A stretch of DNA of 64,000 bases, from assembly GCA_033551855.1 (NCBI GenBank), contig JAWSUI010000002.1, positions 64,001 through 128,000 on the forward strand, in the 5' to 3' direction. Below the pieces are notes generated by a model. It searched no databases and was not told where the DNA came from. It saw nothing but the letters and a program-made list of their open reading frames with translations. This DNA comes from Deferrisomatales bacterium. Its GTDB lineage: Bacteria; Desulfobacterota; Deferrisomatia; Deferrisomatales; JACRMM01. The translations under genes were made by a program, and so were the position numbers. Positions 19,281 to 30,002 of the stretch are shown one piece after another (position 1 is the stretch's first letter; every line of letters begins with the position of its first letter).

Positions 19281-20042
19281 ATGGTGCCGGAGCTCAAGGG
19301 GTTTCTGGAGCTTTCCTTCGTCGACTGGCCCGGCCGGGTGACGGCGGTGGTCTTCCTGCCTCGGTGCAATTTTCGCTGTCCTTACTGCCACAACCATCCC
19401 CTTGTGCTCGCCCCCGAGCAGGTGGCGACGGTTCCGCTCGAGGCCGTCCTTGCCCGCCTCGATGCCCTTCGCGGGTGGGTGGACGGCGTGTGCGTGACCG
19501 GGGGTGAGCCCACGCTGGAGCCGCGGCTGCCCGAGTTGCTGGCCGTGTTCCGGTCTCGGGGCCTGGGGGTGAAGCTCGACACCAACGGCTCCCGCCCGGC
19601 CGTCCTCGCGTCCCTCCTCGCCGGGGGGCTCCTGGAGTCGGTGGCCCTGGACGTGAAGGCGCCCCTGGAACCGATCCCCTACCGCCGCAACGCGGGGGCC
19701 GGTGCGGACCCGGCGCAGGTGGCGACGAGCCTCGAGCTCCTCGCCCGGGCGGAGATACCCCTGGAGGTCCGCACCACGGTGCACCCCTCCCTCCTGTCCC
19801 AGGAGGAGGTGCGCCGGCTCGCGGCCCAGGTGGGGGCGGCCTGCGCCGTGCGCCGAGGTCCCGCCGCGGAACCAGTGCGGTTCACCCTTCAGAGGTGCCG
19901 CGGGGAGGACCTCCTCGACGGGAGACTGAAGGCCTTGCCCCCCCTGCCCCCCGAGGTGTTCCAGGAGTGGGAGCGGGAGGCCCGGTTCGCCTTCACGGCG
20001 GCGCACCTTGACTTGCCGCCGGGCGGTGAGTACGATCTATAA
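19281..20042 (+). CDS. Radical SAM protein, anaerobic ribonucleotide reductase activating enzyme family (NrdG2-like)
   Basis: SFVDWPG...CNFRCPYCHN, VTGGEPTL, KLDTNGS, LDVKAP, EVRTT. Confidence 0.88.
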   Translation: MVPELKGFLELSFVDWPGRVTAVVFLPRCNFRCPYCHNHPLVLAPEQVATVPLEAVLARLDALRGWVDGVCVTGGEPTLEPRLPELLAVFRSRGLGVKLDTNGSRPAVLASLLAGGLLESVALDVKAPLEPIPYRRNAGAGADPAQVATSLELLARAEIPLEVRTTVHPSLLSQEEVRRLAAQVGAACAVRRGPAAEPVRFTLQRCRGEDLLDGRLKALPPLPPEVFQEWEREARFAFTAAHLDLPPGGEYDL

Positions 20043-20179
20043 CCTTTTCCGATCCGTTCCGGTTCCCCAGGGGCAGGGCCCTGGCGTCGGGGGCTTTTCC
20101 GAGGCGGCCGCGTGCCCTCCGGTGGGCGAGGAGCTCTCCTTCGGCGGGAGACAGACGCGGGCGAGAGTGCGAGGTGGGG

Positions 20180-21052
20180 ATGGTGAGGGTCGCCGCGATC
20201 CAGGTTGCCGCTTCCGGGGATCCTGAGCGCAACCTGCGCAAGGCTTCCCAGTACCTCGAGGTGGCTGCGGGGAGAGGGGTCGAGGTCGCCTGTCTGCCGG
20301 AGCTCTTCTGCCTGCCGTGGTTCCCGAGGGGTGCGGACGATGCCACGGCCCTGGCCCAGGCGGCGGAAGGTCCCTTGGCGACGGAGTTGGCGGCCCTCGC
20401 CGGCCGTCTGGGCCTCGCCGTGGTCTGCCCCTTCTACGAACGGGCCGCCGACGGGGTCTGCTACAATTCTGCTCTCCTGATCGACGCCAAGGGCGCGGCG
20501 GTGGGCCTCTACCGCAAGGCCCACGTCCCGCTGCTGCCGTACTGGGAGGAGAAGCGCCACTTCGCCCCGGGGGACCTCGGTTTCCCGGTCTTCCCCCTGG
20601 GGGGCCTGCAGGTCGGGATCCAACTCGGCTGGGACAACTTCTTTCCCGAGGGTTTCCGGTGTCTCGCGCTGGGGGGGGCCGGCCTGGTGTTCCTGCCGAC
20701 CGCCGCAGCGTTCGCCAGCCAGGAGCGGTGGCTGGCTCTCGCGGTGGGCCACGCGGTGGCGAACGGGGTGTACGTGGTCCGAGTGAACCGGGTGGGGAGC
20801 GAGGGGGGGCTGGACTTCTACGGCCAGAGTTTCGTGGTGCGGCCCGACGGGGAACTCGCCGTCGAACCCCTCGGCATGGGGGAAGGGATCCTGGTCGCGG
20901 AGTGTGACCCGGACGTGGTGGACCGCACCCGGAAGGTCTGGCCCTTTCTTCGGGATCGGCGCCCTCGGCAGTATGCGCGGGTGGCAGGCATCGAGTGGGG
21001 GCCGGGACTGCTTCCCCCGGCGGAGGATGGGCAGGCCGGGTTCCCCGCGTGA
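20180..21052 (+). CDS. Carbon-nitrogen hydrolase (nitrilase superfamily), catalytic Cys replaced by Gly
   Basis: LPELF, YNSA, YRKAHVP, WEEKRHFAPGDLGFPVF, GIQLGWD, NRVG.E..FYGQSF, RDRRP. Confidence 0.88.
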   Translation: MVRVAAIQVAASGDPERNLRKASQYLEVAAGRGVEVACLPELFCLPWFPRGADDATALAQAAEGPLATELAALAGRLGLAVVCPFYERAADGVCYNSALLIDAKGAAVGLYRKAHVPLLPYWEEKRHFAPGDLGFPVFPLGGLQVGIQLGWDNFFPEGFRCLALGGAGLVFLPTAAAFASQERWLALAVGHAVANGVYVVRVNRVGSEGGLDFYGQSFVVRPDGELAVEPLGMGEGILVAECDPDVVDRTRKVWPFLRDRRPRQYARVAGIEWGPGLLPPAEDGQAGFPA

Positions 21053-21132
21053 GGGATTGCCCGGAAGGCGCGGGACGGGACGAGCCGACGGATCGGTGGG
21101 CAGGGGGACGGGGTAAGGAGGCACGGGAAGCC

Positions 21133-21321
21133 ATGGGGTTGGACATCCGTACCCAGTGTGCCGTGTGTGCATGGCGGGAATCCTGTGCGAAGAAGTACAC
21201 GGTGAAGGAAGAATCCTTGCACTGTCCTGATTTCTCCCGGGACCAGGCTCTCCCGGCGGAGTCCGAGGAGCGGATCGTCCCTGCTCGTCACAAGCGGGTC
21301 GAGGACGTTTTCAGGTCCTGA
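21133..21321 (+). CDS. Small 4-Cys hypothetical protein (62 aa)
   Basis: CAVCAWRESCAKKY...HCPDFSRD; RBS-like sequence upstream. Confidence 0.7.
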   Translation: MGLDIRTQCAVCAWRESCAKKYTVKEESLHCPDFSRDQALPAESEERIVPARHKRVEDVFRS

Positions 21322-21458
21322 GCTCCTTGGAGGGATGATCGTCGGGCGGACACAGCCGGCATCCGGCGAGAGGCGCGGCAGGCGGACGGGGTTCTTGCGG
21401 TGGGCCAGGAGGGATGCGCGTCCTCCTGCCGAAGGAAACCCTTGCGTGGGAGCGGGAG

Positions 21459-22181
21459 ATGCGGGCCTACCGGAAAGTGGACGACCACTACGAGTTGAAG
21501 ATCGAGGGCGGGAGGATGGCGCTCCTGGGGTTGGGGGCCGCCCTGGTGCTCGTGCTGGTCTTCCTGGTGGGGGTCCTGGTGGGGAAGAACCTCTGGGGTG
21601 CGCGCAGGGCGGGGCCGGTGCCGTTGGCGGAGGCCCCTCGCGAGGCCGTCGGGCCGATCGAGGACTTGGCGGACAGGCGGCCCGACCTCTCGTTCTACGA
21701 GGACCTGAAGCGCCCCGATCGACCCGTGGAGGCGCCCTTTCCCCTGCCCCCGCCCCCGGCTCCCATGGAGGAGACACCCGTGCCGGGTCGTGCCGAGGCA
21801 GGCCCCGGGGCGGGGCTGGCGGACAGGGGAGAGGAGGTCCCCGCCCCTGCTCCTGCCCCTGTCGCAGCCCCTGCCCCGGCCCCAGCGCCTGCGCCTGCGC
21901 CAAGGCCCGCGGCCCCGGCGCAGGCCAAACCCCCCCCGCGGCTCCCTTCACCGGTCTTCACGGTCCAGGTGGGGTCCTTCCGAGACCGCGCGGCAGCAGA
22001 CGAGCTGGCCCGCCAGGTCTCTCGGCACGGCGTCAGGGCCCAGGTCGTCACGGCGGTGGTAGGAGATCGGACCTGGCACCGGGTCCAGGTGGGTCGTTTC
22101 GATACGAGGGTCCAGGCCGAGGCTCTCTACCGCGACACCCTGCGCCCGAAAGGAGTACAGGGCTTCGTCACGACCCGGTGA
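21459..22181 (+). CDS. SPOR domain membrane protein (FtsN/DedD-like)
   Basis: TM segment, LSFYEDL motif, Pro-Ala linker, SPOR FTVQVGSF...WHRVQVGRF. Alternative start at 21414. Confidence 0.88.
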   Translation: MRAYRKVDDHYELKIEGGRMALLGLGAALVLVLVFLVGVLVGKNLWGARRAGPVPLAEAPREAVGPIEDLADRRPDLSFYEDLKRPDRPVEAPFPLPPPPAPMEETPVPGRAEAGPGAGLADRGEEVPAPAPAPVAAPAPAPAPAPAPRPAAPAQAKPPPRLPSPVFTVQVGSFRDRAAADELARQVSRHGVRAQVVTAVVGDRTWHRVQVGRFDTRVQAEALYRDTLRPKGVQGFVTTR

Positions 22182-22223
22182 CGCCGAGGGGTGTCCACAG
22201 GGGGAAGAGAAGAGGAGAACTCC

Positions 22224-22688
22224 ATGTCCGGGAACAGCCCCCTCCTGTCCAGGATCGACCGGGAACTGGTGGCGTCGATGAAGGCGAGAACAGCGGCCCG
22301 CACTTCGGCGCTCCGCATGGCGCGGTCCGCTCTGCAGTACCGCGAGATCGACAAGCGGGCGCCCCTGGAAGACGCGGACGTGCTCCAAGTGCTCGGCACC
22401 CTGGTCAAACAGCGGCGGGAGGCCGCGGAGCAGTTCCGCGCCGGCAACCGACCGGAGTTGGCGGAGAAGGAGGAGGCGGAGCTTGCGGTGCTCCGTGAGT
22501 TCCTCCCCGCGGCGCTTTCCGAGCAGGAGCTTCGGAATCTCGTGGCCGAAGTGGTCCGTCAGGTCGGGGCCCAGGGCCTCTCGGATCTGGGGAAGGTCAT
22601 GGGAGTGCTCATGCCCGCTGTTCGGGGGCGCGCCGACGGCCGCGCGGTGAACGACGCGGTGCGCGCCGCCCTGGGGGCCGGACGCTGA
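22224..22688 (+). CDS. yqeY: GatB/YqeY domain protein
   Basis: AAGGAG RBS; VKQRREAAEQF..GNRPELAEKEEAE...FLP..LSE...DLGKVMG...GRADG. Confidence 0.92.
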   Translation: MSGNSPLLSRIDRELVASMKARTAARTSALRMARSALQYREIDKRAPLEDADVLQVLGTLVKQRREAAEQFRAGNRPELAEKEEAELAVLREFLPAALSEQELRNLVAEVVRQVGAQGLSDLGKVMGVLMPAVRGRADGRAVNDAVRAALGAGR

Positions 22689-23161
22689 ACACCCTCGACT
22701 GGGCTTTGGCGGTAGCCGTGGGGGCGATGGCTCTCCGAGGCAGCCTGCGGGGATTCTTTCGGGAGGCCTTCGGGCTGCTCGCACTCACGGTGGGCCTGGG
22801 GGCCTCTCTACTCGGGGGCGAAGCCCTGGGCCGGGAGTTGGGGTCTCGCTGGGATCTCGCTCCCGCGGTGGGCCGCACGGTCGCCCACGTGGGGCTGTTC
22901 CTCGGCCCCTATGCGGTGCTCCAGGCCCTCGGGTACGCCGCTTCGGGGCTCGGGCGCGCCGTTTTCCTGGGAGGCCTGGACCGGGTTGCCGGTGCGGTGT
23001 TCGGTGCGGCGGCGGCGTCCCTTCTGGCCGGGGCGGGACTCGGGCTGGTACTGCAGACGGGCTGGGGCGCGGAGTGGGGTGCCGCGTCGGTGCTGGCCAA
23101 GCCGCTCCAGGAGGCCTTCCAGCGGCTCCTGTTTTGGGCTGCGGGGTACGCGGCCGGATGA
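22685..23161 (+). CDS. cvpA: CvpA family membrane protein
   Basis: (M)NTLDW...RGFFREAFGL...LGGLDRVAGAVFG...SVLA; probable CTG start overlapping the yqeY stop. Confidence 0.8.
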   Translation: MNTLDWALAVAVGAMALRGSLRGFFREAFGLLALTVGLGASLLGGEALGRELGSRWDLAPAVGRTVAHVGLFLGPYAVLQALGYAASGLGRAVFLGGLDRVAGAVFGAAAASLLAGAGLGLVLQTGWGAEWGAASVLAKPLQEAFQRLLFWAAGYAAG

Positions 23162-23327
23162 GGGCCTGCTGCCGGGCATCGAGAGGCCGGGCGGCAGGGT
23201 GCTCGGCGCACCGGAGGGGATTGCCCGGTGGATCGGCGCGGGCTGTGTCCGAGGGTCCGGGGGCCGCGCCTCGACCGGTCGCCGTGTCGCGGGACAGGTT
23301 CTGAGCCCAGGGCACGCCGGCGACCTC

Positions 23328-25646
23328 ATGGACAACCACACCCTGGGTGTACTGGATTTTCCTCGAATCTGCAGCCTGCTGGCCGAGGGGGCCCGATCGC
23401 CCCAGGGTCAAGATCTGTGCCTCGCCCAGGGGCCGCTGCCCAGCCGGGAGGCCGCGACGACGGCACTGGACGAGCTCGAGGCCCTTCAGGCCCTGGAGCC
23501 GGTCCTCGGCATGCCCCCCACCGCGGGGGCTCTGCGCGTGGAGGCCATCCTTGACGCGTCCCGGGCGGAGGGCACCTACCTCGAGATCGAGGCCCTGCTC
23601 GCCGTGCGCGATACCCTGGGCGTGTGCCACCGGCTCCTGGAGTACCTGGAGGACGCCGCGGCAGAGGGGTCTCTCCTGGGCGGGTACGCGGGGCGGATGC
23701 GACCCCTGCGTGAACTGGACGAGCGGTTCGAGCGCACCTTCGGACCCCGGGGCGAGGTCCTCGACAACGCCAGCTCCGTTCTCCAGGGGATTCGTTCCGC
23801 ACAGCGGGCGGTCAAGGCACGGCTGCTGCGGGTGCTGCAGGGGGTGCTCCGCGATGCGGCGCTGGAGCCCGTGGTCCAAGACGAATTCATCACCTTGCGG
23901 GGGGGGCGTTACGTGGTTCCCCTGCGCACCGATTTCCGGGGGTATCTGAAGGGGATCGTCCACGACTGCTCCCGGACCGGCTCCACCTTCTTCGTGGAGC
24001 CCCTGGAAACCGTGGAGCTCAACAACGAGCTCGGCTCCCTGCACGAGGAGGAGTTGGAAGAGATCCGGCGAATCCTGGCGGAGCTGACCCGCTCCGTGGG
24101 GCGGTCGGCGCCGGCCCTTCGGGCGAACCTCGCGGTCCTCGCCCACGTGGATGGGCTGGGGGCTCGGCTGATCCTGGCCCGGCGCCAACGGGCCGTGCGG
24201 CCGGACCTCGTGGAGGAGCCGGTCTTGGATGTCCCGGAAGCCCGGCACCCGTTGCTCGAGGCGCAGGGCGCTGTGGTTCCAGTGGATCTGCTCCTCGGTC
24301 CGTCGGGAAGGCTGCTGCTGGTGACGGGGGCCAACGCCGGGGGAAAGACGGTGGCACTCAAGACCGCCGGCCTCCTTGCCGCGATGGCCTACGCGGGTCT
24401 CTTCGTCCCCGCCCGGGAGGGAGCCCGCATTGGCTGGTTTCAGGGAGTGTACGCGGATATCGGCGACGAGCAGGATCTGGACCGCAACCTGAGCACCTTC
24501 TCCGCCCATGTGGTCAACGTGCGCGACATCCTCGCCCGCGCGGGGGAGGGCGCCTTGGTCCTGCTGGACGAGCTCGGGACCGGGACCGACCCCGGGGAGG
24601 GGGCGGCCCTGGCCATGGCCGTGCTCGACGAGCTCCTGGACCGGGGCTCGCGGGTGCTGGCCACCACGCACCTGGCTGCCCTCAAGGCCTTTGCCTACGG
24701 CCGCCCCGGAGCCCAGAACGCGGCGGTGGCCTTTGACCCTGTCACGGGTCGGCCCCTCTATCGCCTTCTCTATGGGCAATCGGGATGCTCGAATGCCCTC
24801 GAAGTGGCCGAGCGGCTCGGTTTGGAGGCCGGCCTCGTCGAGAGGGCGCGCCGCTACGCGGCGGGGGGCGAAGGGGAGGGCGGGACCTGGCTTCGGGACC
24901 TGGAGGCGGCCCGGGATCGAGCCCGCCGCGAGGCCGACGAGGCCGAGGCGCTTCGCCGGCGCTGGGAAGCCCGCTGTGCAGAGCAGGATGCGGCGCTCGC
25001 CCGGGTTCGGCGAGAGCGCGACGCGGCCCGAGCGGAGTCGCGGGAGCAGGCACGGGCGGTCCTGGACGAGGCCAGGGGGGCCTTGAGAGCTCACATTCGC
25101 CAGTTTTCCGAGGGGCAGGCAACCCAACAGGACAGCGAGCGGGCCCTGGCCGCCACCGAGGAAGCGTTGGAGGAGGCCTTTCCGGCGCCGGCTCCCGAGC
25201 CCGTACGGTTGTCGCCCTCTGCCGTGGCCCCGGGGCGTCGGGTGCGAGTGGTGTCCCTGGGCAAGGACGGAGAGGTGGAAGCTGCCGACGCGGAGGGTCG
25301 CAGGGCGGTGGTGCGGGTGGGCGCCCTACGGGTGACCGTGCCTCTGACGGACATACAGCCGGCGGAACGCCAGACCCCCGAACACCGAGCGGCTCGGGTC
25401 CGGGTGGTCGCCGAGGCGGGCGCCGGGGACGTGATGGTGCTCGGGTGCACCGTGGTTGAGGCTCTCGAGCGGGTCGACCGCGGCCTCAACCGAGCCCTGG
25501 TGGCGGGGGCCGACGGATTTCGCGTGGTGCACGGGCGGGGTACCGGGGCCCTGCGCCGAGCGATCCGGGAGCGCTTGACGGCAGAACCCCACGTGCAGGA
25601 GGTGCGGCCCGAGGGCGACGGCGCCACCTGGGTGGTCCTCCGCTGA
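23328..25646 (+). CDS. mutS2: MutS2 protein (ATPase, coiled coil, KOW-like region, Smr)
   Basis: TLGVLDF, GIVHDCSRTGSTFFVEP, TGANAGGKT, DIGDEQ...STFSAH, DELGTGTDP.EG, VHGRGTGALR. Confidence 0.93.
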   Translation: MDNHTLGVLDFPRICSLLAEGARSPQGQDLCLAQGPLPSREAATTALDELEALQALEPVLGMPPTAGALRVEAILDASRAEGTYLEIEALLAVRDTLGVCHRLLEYLEDAAAEGSLLGGYAGRMRPLRELDERFERTFGPRGEVLDNASSVLQGIRSAQRAVKARLLRVLQGVLRDAALEPVVQDEFITLRGGRYVVPLRTDFRGYLKGIVHDCSRTGSTFFVEPLETVELNNELGSLHEEELEEIRRILAELTRSVGRSAPALRANLAVLAHVDGLGARLILARRQRAVRPDLVEEPVLDVPEARHPLLEAQGAVVPVDLLLGPSGRLLLVTGANAGGKTVALKTAGLLAAMAYAGLFVPAREGARIGWFQGVYADIGDEQDLDRNLSTFSAHVVNVRDILARAGEGALVLLDELGTGTDPGEGAALAMAVLDELLDRGSRVLATTHLAALKAFAYGRPGAQNAAVAFDPVTGRPLYRLLYGQSGCSNALEVAERLGLEAGLVERARRYAAGGEGEGGTWLRDLEAARDRARREADEAEALRRRWEARCAEQDAALARVRRERDAARAESREQARAVLDEARGALRAHIRQFSEGQATQQDSERALAATEEALEEAFPAPAPEPVRLSPSAVAPGRRVRVVSLGKDGEVEAADAEGRRAVVRVGALRVTVPLTDIQPAERQTPEHRAARVRVVAEAGAGDVMVLGCTVVEALERVDRGLNRALVAGADGFRVVHGRGTGALRRAIRERLTAEPHVQEVRPEGDGATWVVLR

Positions 25647-25773
25647 GGCCCGTCATGCGCGCCCCGTTCCGCCCTCCTGCCGTGTCCCGTCTTCCGCGGG
25701 TTGGAGGGCCCTCCGCGGCCGCCACCACCCGAGCGCCTGCCGGGCCCCGGGCCCGGCAGGCGAGTGGGCCGCC

Positions 25774-27534
25774 ATGAGGATCCCCGACGAGGTGCTCGAA
25801 GCCGTTCGGTCACGGGTCTCCATCGTCGATGCGGTGGGCCGCCACGTGGCGCTGAAGCGCGCGGGGAGGAACTGGAAAGGACTGTGCCCCTTCCACGCCG
25901 AAAAGACGCCCTCTTTCGTCGTGAACGAGGAGCGGGGGACCTACCACTGTTTCGGGTGCGGCGCGGGGGGGTCGGTCTTCCGGTTCCTCATGGAGGTCGA
26001 GGGTCGCTCCTTCACAGAGGTCGTGGGGTCCCTCGCGGCTGAAGTGGGGGTGACCCTGCCCCGGGGAGCCAACGAAGATCCCGGTGCTCGACGGGAGCGG
26101 GCCGAGCGCGACGCCCTCCTCGACGTGCTGTCGCTGGCCCAGCGCTACTACCGCCACCAGTTGGAGGCGGGAAGGGCGGGAGGGCCGGCCCGGGATTATT
26201 TGACCCGGCGGGAGGTGGGGCCAGCGGTGGCAGAGGCCTTCGGCCTGGGGTGCGCCCCAGCGGGCTGGGACCACCTGGCGCGCTACCTCCGGGGCAAGGG
26301 CGTCGACTTGTCGGTGGCGGCCACCGCCGGGCTCGTGGCGCCCCGGGCCTCCGGCAACGGGTTTTACGACCGCCTTCGCGACCGGCTGGTGTTTCCGATC
26401 CAGGACGGGCAGGGGCGGGTGGTGAGTTTTGGCGGGCGCGTCCTCGGGGAGGGGGAGCCCAAGTACCTGAACGGGCCGGAGAGCCCCGTCTTTCGCAAGA
26501 GCGAGGTGCTGTACGGCCTTCCCCAGGCAGCGGAAGCCGTGCGGCGCGAGCGCCGCGCCCTGCTCGTGGAAGGGTACTTGGACGTGATCAGTCTCCACGC
26601 CCGGGGCGTTTCCACGGCTCTGGCGACCCTCGGGACCGCTCTCACCGCCGATCACATCCGGGCCCTGCGCCGGAGGGCCGACGAGGTCGTGCTGGTCTAC
26701 GACGGGGACGAGGCGGGCCGCAGGGCCGCATTTCGGAGCCTGGACCTGTTTCTCTCCGAAAGGTATCCGTGCCGAGGCATCCTGCTGCCGCCGGGGGAGG
26801 ATCCGGACAGCTTCATGCGCGGCGGGGGCGACCTGGCCTCCCTGGCTGCTTCGGCGAGGCCGTTGCTTGAGCTGTACTTGGAGGAGAGTGCGTCGCGTTT
26901 CGACCTGACTTCCGTCGAGGGAAGGGTGGCGGCTGTCGACGACCTGGCTTCGCGCCTCGCGGTGGTGTCCGATGCCCTGGCCCGGGATCTCTATGTGAAG
27001 CAGGCCGCCGAGGCGCTGGAGGTGGATGAGGCCCACTTGAGGACGCGCCTTCGCGCCGGATCCCGGCGCCCCGGTGCTGCGGCTCCGACGCAAGGGGACG
27101 CCGAGGTGCCGGAGGACCCCATCGAGCGCAGTCTGTTGGCCTGCCTTCTTGCGCATCCCGAGCACCGGCAAGCCTTCCGGAGCCGTGGGGTCGAGGAGTG
27201 GCTGCGTCCCGGGCCGCTGAAGGAGGCGGCCCGCTTCGTGGCCGCTCGATCGGAGGCAGCCGAGCAGTTCCCCGTGGACGAGGCCCCGGAGGCGGCCCGC
27301 CGGGCCCTCACCCGGTCCCTCGTAGACGACCGGGCACCGAACCCGGGGTATCCCCAGGTGGAGGCCGCCTTGCGGGTCCGACACCTCTCGGGCCGGACCG
27401 CAGCCCTCGTGCGCGAGATCGCCAGAGCGGAGCGGGGGGGGGACGCCGAAAGGGTCCTCGCCCTGCAGCGGGAGAAGACCGCCCTCGACCGGGCGCTCTC
27501 CGAGTGCAGGCGTCCACACCCGGAGCACGGGTAG
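25774..27534 (+). CDS. dnaG: DNA primase DnaG
   Basis: CPFH...CFGC zinc finger, KYLNGPE, VEGYLDV, YDGDEAG, GEDPDS. Confidence 0.96.
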   Translation: MRIPDEVLEAVRSRVSIVDAVGRHVALKRAGRNWKGLCPFHAEKTPSFVVNEERGTYHCFGCGAGGSVFRFLMEVEGRSFTEVVGSLAAEVGVTLPRGANEDPGARRERAERDALLDVLSLAQRYYRHQLEAGRAGGPARDYLTRREVGPAVAEAFGLGCAPAGWDHLARYLRGKGVDLSVAATAGLVAPRASGNGFYDRLRDRLVFPIQDGQGRVVSFGGRVLGEGEPKYLNGPESPVFRKSEVLYGLPQAAEAVRRERRALLVEGYLDVISLHARGVSTALATLGTALTADHIRALRRRADEVVLVYDGDEAGRRAAFRSLDLFLSERYPCRGILLPPGEDPDSFMRGGGDLASLAASARPLLELYLEESASRFDLTSVEGRVAAVDDLASRLAVVSDALARDLYVKQAAEALEVDEAHLRTRLRAGSRRPGAAAPTQGDAEVPEDPIERSLLACLLAHPEHRQAFRSRGVEEWLRPGPLKEAARFVAARSEAAEQFPVDEAPEAARRALTRSLVDDRAPNPGYPQVEAALRVRHLSGRTAALVREIARAERGGDAERVLALQREKTALDRALSECRRPHPEHG

Positions 27535-27606
27535 GCTCTTCAAACGTAGAATTTCCGTGGTACTTTGACTGCGGTGCCGGGTTTCCATCGTAAGGAGACG
27601 GAGTAG

Positions 27607-29421
<1,815 letters not shown>

Positions 29422-29547
29422 GAAGCCGCCCGGGACGTGTCGGAGGCGAGACGCGATTCGTTCGTGTTGCAGTGCAGCCCGATGGGCGGCCGGGGGGTCG
29501 GCGTTTTTGGGCTGTTTTCATGGGTTGCGAAAGGGGGCCGAAACCCC

Positions 29548-29576
29548 TTGACGCTGCAACGCAGCAATGCTACCCT
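29548..29576 (+). promoter_or_regulatory. sigma70 promoter with PhaR-type operator in the spacer
   Basis: TTGACG 29548-29553, 17 bp, TGc-TACCCT 29571-29576. CTGC-AAC-GCAG at 29554-29564; second near-site TTGC-AGT-GCAG at 29467-29477. Confidence 0.65.
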
Positions 29577-29628
29577 AGTGTCAGATCGTAGAGAATAACC
29601 TCGCGACCGACCCTAAGGAGGCATTCCC

Positions 29629-29904
29629 ATGGCGAAGAAAGACGTTCTGACGGAGACCACGGAGAGGATGACGGCCGGCGTGGCCGCCCAGGCCGAGTTG
29701 GCCAGCAAGTTTTTTGCCCTCTACCAGACCCAGGCGGAGGGAGCCCTGAAGTTCTGGACGGACACCTCGGCCAATGCGATGGCCGAGGGCCAGAAGGCGG
29801 TGAAGGAGTGGGTCGACCTGGCCGCCGGCGTGGCGGCGGAGGCCCGCAAGTCCTGTGAGGTGAGCATCAAGGAGGCGACCAAGGTCTTCACGCCCCCTGC
29901 GTGA
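29629..29904 (+). CDS. Small helical phasin-like protein (91 aa)
   Basis: TAAGGAGG RBS; Ala/Glu/Gln/Lys-rich amphipathic helices; own promoter and terminator. Confidence 0.6.
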   Translation: MAKKDVLTETTERMTAGVAAQAELASKFFALYQTQAEGALKFWTDTSANAMAEGQKAVKEWVDLAAGVAAEARKSCEVSIKEATKVFTPPA

Positions 29905-29935
29905 GGAACGGGTCGCGCCCTCACCGGGCGATCAT

Positions 29936-29970
29936 GGAAAGGCCGGCCGTCGTGCCGGCCTTTCCTATTT
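29936..29970 (+). terminator. Intrinsic terminator
   Basis: ggaaaggccggc-cgtcgt-gccggcctttcc followed by tattt. Confidence 0.75.
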
Positions 29971-30002
29971 CCTCCCCCGAGGCCCCGGCGGTTCTCCCTC
30001 CC

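Noticed and set aside
20026..20226. Short ORF after the NrdG-like gene, considered as an nrdD fragment
   Set aside because: No glycyl-radical (RVxGY-type) or ATP-cone motif; overlaps both neighbours.
21835..21925. Tandem CCNGCN repeats
   Set aside because: Ordinary Pro-Ala linker of the SPOR protein.
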